DNA of 64,000 nt from the NCBI GenBank assembly GCA_048128005.1, contig JBEUKZ010000075.1:62001-126000 (forward strand), in the 5' to 3' direction. The stretch's first letter is position 1; the number at the start of each line of letters is the position of its first letter. Origin of the DNA: Veleropilina oligotropha. Its lineage: Eukaryota. Both the position numbers and the translations under genes were made by a program. Shown here piece by piece: positions 55,498 to 64,000 of the stretch. The notes beneath the pieces are model-generated. The model did not search any database. It was given only the letters and a program-made list of their open reading frames with translations, and was not told the DNA's origin.

Positions 55498-56755
55498 TCC
55501 CACGGAGAGCCCCCTCGGGGTCGCTGCCCCTCCTCCACTGCCCAACAGACGACCGACGGGCCCTCGCAAGCCTCACAAATACAGGATACCAGCCGCCGCC
55601 AACACCGCCAGCCATTCAATCCCGAGTCCACCCACCATGCCTGCCGACTACCTGCAGCCGGTTCCCGCCCCTCCGAACCCACTACGGGAGCGGGGGCGAG
55701 AGGACAGCGGCCTCGGTTCCCCTGACAACGACCCCTATCTCAGCATGCAGGTCCGATCGTCACGTGTTTCCGAGCGAGGGCCAGCATCCCCGCTGTCGGC
55801 GGATTGGTTGCCCCCTCCCGACTTCATCGCTGTGACGGCGAGCAAACGCACGGAATCCGCAGCCACAAACGATGTGCCAGATGGGGCATACCTCCAACCA
55901 GAATCTCTACAGAGTCCCTTTGAACTGCCCAGCATGCCCGATAACAAAAGTAATGTCCCCGAACACAGGAGAAAGAGGCGGATGCGTCTACGATCACAGA
56001 GTTGCGAAGATATGAGTATTTTCATGAGGAATCGTCTATACAGTAGTGTTAGTTCTAACAATGAGGAACCGTTGGAAACAGAGGATCCCGAGGAAGATGA
56101 ATCGAAGATACCCGCCCCGTTTGCGAGGCTGATGAGCCTAAAACGACGACTCGACTGGTACCCGCCGGAACGGAGGAACACATACGACTATTTCAAAGAT
56201 GACAAGAAGGCCAAAGAGCCTGAAAAAACCGACAACAGTAATCCATCACTTGTTAAAGAAACCACCTTGAGGAAGTCTGTATCTAATCCGAGCTTCATCA
56301 ATATGGTGACAAAGGAACAGCGACCAAGCCACGCGAGTCGATCAGCAAGCCAGACGCCGCCGCCGAAGGCAATGAGTCAGTCGACCAGCCGGCTGAGTAG
56401 TCGCTCTCTAGTCAGTCTCCTGGATGCGGCAAAGCGGAAGTTCAGCCGCGAGGGCACGCCGGAAAGCAACGAATCATCATCATCAACGTTTGTCAAAACA
56501 ACGAGACGGCTTAGCATGTCTGGTCTCCGACGTTCTAGTCGAGAAATTCAGAGACAGACCAGTCAACAAGCGACCTCGGCCAGCAACCCTAACCTCTTCT
56601 CCGGGGTTTCGACCACGGCTAAAACTAGGTCATTCAGGCGGTACAAGAGCAGGGACGATAAACTAAATCAGGTGAAAACGAACGAGGCGGCAAAAAGAAA
56701 AGTATCATATGGCGATATCATCGATGACTCGTCATTTTTAGAATCGGCTCTTTAA
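55498..56755 (+). CDS. DOK/IRS-like terminal exon 8 (disordered tail with Tyr and Pro motifs, ends ESAL*)
   Basis: tatttcag acceptor in phase 2, in frame with the 55637-56755 ORF; total spliced CDS 2169 nt = 722 aa + stop. Confidence 0.9.
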
Positions 56756-59248
56756 CAACCGGATCAGGTTTATTTTCAAGCTTTAGTAGTAAATTTAAAA
56801 TAGTTAACATTGTGCAATGTTACAAAAAATTCCCTAACATCAAATTGTATGAAATCCACTAAATTAATGTAGTACATTTTAATTGTAGATCTAGCAACTG
56901 TTGAGGATGTTGCCAATTTTTTGTTGCAAAAGTTATCTCCCGTTATATTTGGATATATTCAAAATAGCCTTCACAGCAACAACATTAACATTGCATTGAC
57001 TCCACATATGCTGTGATGCAGGTAATACCTGGCATGGTCAATAAACATCAATTCATTTAAAGACTTTTATTCTGATGTTACTGTGAGATAAGCATTACCC
57101 TCATTAATGAATCGTTTTAATAGCTGCATGTATTCGTCGTAATCATATTTTGTCATTTACTTACATTTTATATTTGTGATAAGTAATAATTAAGCCTTAT
57201 GTATTAAGAAGTTTATGCAAAACCATTCTTGTATTTGTTGATATGATTGACATTTTACTCATATGTGCCTGTTATTATTAATACCTCGTTACAATTACAT
57301 GATGTCGTTATATTTTCCTCATCACATGTTTATGTGATATCTGTCTTCATTGATATTTTTTATTAATTTTGAATCAATGTGGTTAAGTAGCAATTGAGAT
57401 GAATTTACAGGGATGTGAAACATCCATTAGCTGTGATTCAGAAACTGTCAGTTTGCTTCTCTTGAAGGCCCACAAATATGTTGCTGGACAATCTTTCACA
57501 GGTCGTAGAGAATATCATAAAATATATCCCAATCCACAAACCAGGTCACAGAACTGGGATACTGACAGCTGCAGCAGCAGCAGTGATAGGATATTTATAC
57601 GCCAGTTTACGTGATGTGTTATTGTTATTTATTCATTCGCGTTGGTCAGCCAGATACATATGATAATGTCCAGCATCGAAAGATTATCATCCAATATCTC
57701 AGATATCTCCACCAAACCTGGTTGGGGTATTTGTGACAATAAGAGCTAGATCAAGTTTGATAACTAGCAAGATCGGGCATAAAACCAGAGTTATGCCTAT
57801 GTAAAAATTAATATTATACACTCAGTGTTACTGTTAATAGATCAATAACTGAAATAAATTTTGTTCATTCTTCGATGATGCTCGACTCTTTTTTTTGGCA
57901 ACTCTTTTGATCATGATCGCAATTGCAGAACTGTGACCAGGCACCCTTGTTTAAGGGTGAATGAAAATTAATGGGTCCTGTGCAATGTGTTATATTTTAA
58001 TGTTTATCTTCAAATATTTCAAAATTTTGTATACTTTGTCCATATTTTACTTTATGCAACAATGTTTGTGTAATATTTTTGGCTTGAAATTTCCTCCCCA
58101 ATTGCAGGCACCCATGTAATATTTAGGGCTCATATCCATAATTTGGATGCCTTTGGGGAATGAAAATTAACTTAGCGCCTGTTTCTTAGAAGTGAGAGCA
58201 TATGTAACAGAGTTGTATTGTGTTGCTATAAGTTCATTAACAGAAGTGCAAGATTATTATGGTGGTGCCTTTATAGTATAATTGGTATTGTATTGTGGTA
58301 AATTAATATCTAATCTCCAATAAAATGGTATGGTATTAACATTGTACGTGTACGTAAAAGTGGTTAAATGTGAAGTGTTTACAAAATGTTGTCAGATCAG
58401 AACCAGGAATCCAATAAAAGAGGCTCGAATTAGACGTAAATATATTGTGTGAAAATTTTTTGTAAATCAATGTTGTACCTCTTCTCCCAATGTTGATCTA
58501 CATACAATGTTTACAAATCATTATGTTGTTTACTGTCTGTTATATATGATTCAAATAGGTCATATCATTTGGTGGTTGGCTTTAAATCTGTGGTGTTGAC
58601 TCGTGCCTTGAGACATGCCGTATCACTCGTCTAGTGGACGTTAAGCAGCGTAGCCGCGCATTGTGATTTAACTCTTATCGCGCAAATGCATTTTGTGCAG
58701 ATTGTATTTCAAGAGCATTTATTTCTGTTTTTGCAAAGGATAGTCCTTACTTCTGATTTGTCTTTGCTGTGGAAGATTTGTTTGTGTTTATGTTTGATTG
58801 CGATCATCACGGTTTATGTTTTCTAGTATTTAGTTGGCGAATATTGAAAATGGGAGAAGGCAAGCACCATCGAATTACTTTATGATGAACAGATTTAAAT
58901 TGTCTTAAGTTTATAGCTGTTCAATTATTCATTCTGAAGATTAAGACTTTTATTTTATACTAAAAAAATGTAAAGAATTATATGTTTTCTGTGCCCTTTA
59001 TTGTATAAAATTGCTTTATATTTGTACAGTTATATAGATTTACATGTATGTATATATTATCTATTGTTTTGACAGAAAATTTAATTGTAGATTTATTATT
59101 TTGGAACTATTTTTAGTGCTATACTTTAATACTGTTCAGCTTTGTAAATATATAATTTGCCATATATGTGTATGAATTCCACTGTTTTAGTTACTGTCAT
59201 TAGCTCGATTGTACAGGTAATACTCCACTATGCAAAGATAACATCTTA

Positions 59249-59878
59249 CGCCGTGTTCGATTTACACGAAACCGATTTTAGGTTTCGGTTTCCCTAGGGT
59301 TTCACATTTAATATCGGACGTCTTTTTATCATCTTAACCGAAACCAACATGGCCGAGAACGTTTAATGTTTTAGACATGTTTACGGACGAGACGTCTCTG
59401 TTCTTGTTAGATTACACTAATGGCGATAAATTTGATCTCTTATTTTGTGCATTTTTTGCCACAAAAAGCATGCACATACTTGGAAACCACAAATACAAGG
59501 GTATGCTGAACACGTAGTCCCTCTTTATTCGGAGACTGACTTTAGAGATGTGTTCAAAATGAAACAAGAACGCACAGACAAATTAGTTCAAATGATGTAG
59601 GCCTACAATTCGAAAATAGGGAAACTGGAAATTGAAATAAAGAAACGTCTTGATATTTCGCTATGTACTGGAATCACTTCATCGCTACAAACGGAGTCTG
59701 CCATATGCATGTTGTTATCGTAGATGATGTGTGCCGTTGATTACGTGAATCGAATGGTAGGTTTCTTAAGAAACCAAAAACCTACGAAACCTACTCAGGG
59801 GATGGTTTCGCGAAACCGGTTTCTGTGAAACGAACAAACAGAAACCTAAAACTGGTTTCGCCTGACTTGAACACGGCA
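59249..59878 (+). mobile_element. Deleted PIF/Harbinger element, TTA TSD
   Basis: TTA|CGCCGTGTTC ... GAACACGGCA|TTA; internal remnant GYAEHVVPLYSETDFRDVFKMK resembles the Harbinger transposase N-terminal F...FRM motif. Confidence 0.75.
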
Positions 59879-59911
59879 TTATTGTCACTTGAGTTGAAGA
59901 AATTCTCTATC

Positions 59912-61083
59912 ATTTTTTATGCGCCCGCCGAAGCCGAGGTGTATTATGCTATGGTGATGTCCGTCCGCCTCATTCATTTATGCACGATATCTCAAGAAAT
60001 ATATAATCTTTAAATATGAAACTTGCTGGGTGGGTTAATCATGTAACAAGGAAGAAGCTTATTCATTTTCAACCATGTCGCTTGATTCGTGTTTGACTTC
60101 TGGCCCTTGTTCTGAAAAAAAAAAAAAAAAGTTTCTGCGCGATAACTGAGCAAATATAAATCATTTCAAAAATGAAACTTGCAGGATGCCTTAATCATGT
60201 GACAAGAAATAAACCTATTCATTTTCAACCCTGTCGACTTCTGGCCCTTGTTCCAAAACAAGAAAAATCTTGTTTCTGCACGATAACTAAAACAAGAACG
60301 ATGCGTTTGGAATATGTCTTGACAAATGTATGTTTGGGCCGTCTGTTATTATTAGTGAACATTTTATTTTATAATTAAATATAGCTGCACATTTCAGTTT
60401 TTCTTAGTCTTTGTTTACTTCACAAGATGATTATTTAGCCTACTGATTGCTGAAGATCCATGCACTGTGTGACATCACCCTGATATGATCCATGCACTGT
60501 GTGACGTCACACTGATATGATCCATGCACTGTGTGACATCACCCTGATATGATCCATGCACTGTGTGACATTACACTGTTACGATGTTTAATACAAAAAG
60601 ATACAATTTAACAATTTGACCTCAACACCTGCAACAAAGTGACATCATGGAGATACGGTTTACACACGGACCATTTGATAATGTCTTGTTCTTTTTTACA
60701 AAAAGGTCGAGACATAAAAATACAAATGATTTTTCAATGAAGCTTTCCAGATGGATTAATGTGACAAGAACGAAGCCTATTCATTTCCAGCCATGTCCAT
60801 AGATTTTCCCTTGACTTCTTGCCCTTGTTCAAAAACAGACATTTTTTTCGTTTCCAAACGATAACTAACTAAAGGAAAATATCTATTCGTTTTCATCGTC
60901 ACGGTCTTCTGGCTCTCGTTCAAAAACACTGATATTTCATTTTCGCATGAAACCCAAGCAATTGTAAATTATTTTTCGATAAAACTTGCTGACAAAGAAG
61001 AACCCTCTTCATACCTTGTAATTAAAATGTCATTGAACAGTAATTGCGCAGGCGTATTATGTATCGATTACGGTACTCTTGTT
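59912..61083 (+). mobile_element. HINE in plus orientation
   Basis: TTTTTTATGCGCCCGC start, (GTCC)n, internal repeats, GCAGGCGTA subTIR, hairpin GTATCG/CGGTAC and CTCTTGTT end. Confidence 0.75.
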
Positions 61084-63075
61084 CATAATTAGAATCAATG
61101 ACTTGTGCACATTTTATACAAGACTTGTTTTTTACTGTTCAGTTATTTTTGCATTGAATTACTTTTAACTGTGTTTTTTCTAACAAAAGAATATTTCTTA
61201 TACAATCAGTTGCTGTATTTTATATAGTACTTTTGATGTTTAATTCTACTAAATGTGTGTACTACAGTTTATATTATTATGTACTTTGTGCTCGGTGGCA
61301 GACGCACGTTGAAAATGGGAAAACAATGACCACCATTGTGTAATTACTTGTTCAGAAATGTATTATTATCAAATCAGTGGTCTTTATTCTTAATGTTTAC
61401 TTTTTGCATAATATGCAACATTTCAATTAATAGTTCAAGGGTGTTGCACTTTTAAAATTGCTTGTGTCTTTGTCCCCTTTTTTGCGGGGTTTATTTGTTG
61501 CAGAACAGTGTCACGTCAACTGATTTTGTAACGTCTAATACATTATAATGCTATTAAAATAAGATTTGAAAACTCGTGCCAAATTGCGATAATTGTCTAC
61601 CATTGACCTAAAAGTTACCAGTAAAGATTTCCAGTGACTGAAATAGAAAATGTGGTTTTGAATATAAATATAATTTAATTTTTAATGTTTCTCTGCCCGT
61701 GTCATTCGAAAAATTATTTTGTAACTTAGTTATAAAACACAACTTTTTATTTTGATAAAATACTTTACTGTACAAATTAGTTATGTTTACATCATTATAT
61801 AGTATATTATAAAATGTTTATTATTTTGGGGCAGTTGGTAGGAAGTGTTAATTTTAAACTTGATGTTGCTTTTCTTGTACAAGATATTGATTGTACATCA
61901 ATTATTGTTGTATGTCTGGATAATCCTATAACTAGTAATCACAGTGACTGTCACTTAAATATTTGTATGCCCTAATACCATATTTTAATCAAGAAATTTC
62001 CATATTTTTGTATATACAACGTTTGATATTTGTCCGTGTTGCCTTTCCATTTTAAGCCTACATTTTTCATGTTTCATATTTATGCAATTTTTCTATTCAT
62101 GTTTGACCTTGAGTATTTTAAGAATTTTTGCTGCTTGCCATTCTACCGTTATGCACGGCGTATATAAGTGGGTGTTGTTATCGCCTTAATTAAATTAATC
62201 TCAAAAACATTTTGTGATTTGATTGATATTATGATTATGATTTTCATATTATATCAACAAATATATTTTTGGGGAAAGTTATTGCTAGTATATGTTGAAA
62301 TATTCATTGAATAATATTTAAAGTTATATTTTTAACATACACGTATACAAACTTAAATATAGACATTGGGTTATTCGCGACATTTTATTAAAAATATTGT
62401 TTAGCAGGTATACAACTTTATATTTTTTCTGTAAAGAATTTCAGAGACATATTTTTAGTATTTGACAAAATGAATATGGCATCAGATTGCAATATATTAA
62501 TCTGGCACCTGCATTCAATTTATTGTATAAAATACAGTATTAACAACTTAACATACGTACAAGTTTAATACAGCATTTAGTGTCATTATATGAAATCTTC
62601 TGTATATCGATTCTGAAGGAGTTTGAATTGGTTCTTTGATCCCTCATTGTATCTCTAATTGCATCAAAATAAAGTTAATAAGTTTAAATTAGTTTAAATT
62701 AGTTTTTAATAAATTAAGTACAATATTAATGTTAGATTACACTGGCATAAATGATATTTTATCTTTCCTCTTTCTTACTCACCAATTAACATAAGTTTTC
62801 CCTTGTCACTTATTTATATAATCTTCTATTTATGAATTTCAGATATGTGATTTACAGCATTATTGTAAATAACAACACCTGCCAGTGGAGACACTTACAG
62901 TATGCATGCATGCAATGCGGTTCATGAACATTGTCTTTATATTTGTGTACACTTTTCATCATGCAAACATTTCTCTCATTTAATTTTTTCAAGTATCTGT
63001 ATTGTGATATCTTATTACATATCTATCACAAGTAGTGAAACTGTGAAAATAAAAGGGATAATGAAACTTGCACTG

Positions 63076-63248
63076 TTTTATATTTCAGTGGTAGATGAGG
63101 ATGCAGATGTTTATATTTCATTGGTAGATGAGGACGCAGATGTTTATATTTCATTGGTAGATGAGGACGCAGATGTTTATATTTCATTGGTAGATGAGGA
63201 CGCAGATGTTTATATTTCATTGGTAGATGAGGACGCAGATGTTTATAT
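63076..63248. repeat. 33-bp minisatellite, ~5 copies
   Basis: TTTATATTTCATTGGTAGATGAGGACGCAGATG units. Confidence 0.92.
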
Positions 63249-63286
63249 TACAATCCTTACCATGAGCTTGATATCTGAACAATAGT

Positions 63287-63546
63287 GGCCGCTTCGGCAG
63301 CGCAGTGGGTAGAGTGTCCACTCTAAATTCACTGGCTTGATTCCGCTAATGCGAACAGTAGTGGGTTCAATACCTGGCTGAGGCATTGACATCTGTTCAA
63401 GTTATGAAGCACAGTTGTCCGTGACTGGCCGAAGAGGGCAGGTTTACCCGGGCGACCGGGGTGTCCTCCCGCGATAACACGGACATGTCCTTCCTTGAAC
63501 CTCGATGTTGTAAATATACAGGATATTAAGCATAATTCCTCCTCCT
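63287..63546 (+). mobile_element. V-like tRNA SINE, full length
   Basis: Near-identical to 45949-46215 and to the reverse complement of 12113-12377. Confidence 0.85.
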
Positions 63547-64000
63547 GTTCCATTATTCCAGGTAATGGGAATAACTCGGGAAACACTCAGCAATTGGTCT
63601 TAACAAAGGAATTGAGGATCAGACTCCTTGAATGGAAGAGCCCACTGTTTCATATCGCGCTCATGGGGTGATATTATGAGCGATTCCATGTTTTAAGGGG
63701 TTAGTTTTACAATCGACTTTCATGCTGTGCATGATAGATAACACATTGACACCCCTCAACGATATTCACATAACGCCTCGAGATATGCTTGATATCTCTC
63801 AGGGGTGGCAGTGTATTATCTATTATGTATCATTATGTTATGATAGCAACTGCCTCATCATTGTTGTGACCGACTAAGGTTGGCAAACCAGATTGTCTAT
63901 ATATAATCTTCCCTTGATATATTAACATATCATGAGCTTGATGTATGAACAATATGACTCATCATGTCAGTTGTTCCATTTAGCAGCCCAAACAATGGGA

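Noticed and set aside
62902..63285. 127-aa ORF with ISLVDEDADVY repeats
   Set aside because: Translation of a 33-bp minisatellite, with no gene structure.

Overview
Eukaryotic, AT-rich, repeat-dense animal DNA; the SINE and Helentron families suggest a lophotrochozoan, probably a mollusc (inference). There are two spliced host genes arranged head-to-head, with start codons only about 90-100 bp apart. On the minus strand is an NPDC1/cab-1-like type I membrane protein gene (exons 46557-46629, 24381-24548, 10995-11207, 10214-10280; 3' end not found in the window), with a candidate alternative signal-peptide first exon at 15610-15685. On the plus strand is a complete 8-exon PH + IRS-type PTB docking-protein gene (DOK/IRS-like, 46733-56755, 722 aa by my splice model). 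Intron 1 of the NPDC1-like gene holds an apparently intact ~11.7 kb autonomous Helentron (28727-40448, minus). It has one 2.5k-aa ORF (ZnF - repeats - OTU protease - HUH Rep - PIF1 helicase - APE endonuclease), a built-in 166-bp satellite array, and a splice acceptor in frame with host exon 1. Around it are many non-autonomous Helentron derivatives (HINEs) carrying tandem arrays, a deleted DIRS element with ITR/ICR ends, and a Penelope remnant with a G3:C8-variant hammerhead motif. Also present are L2 and SINE copies, MULE/Tc-mariner/Kolobok/Harbinger/hAT-like MITEs and several minisatellites. No prokaryotic features or CRISPR arrays were found. All calls were made by eye, without database searches.
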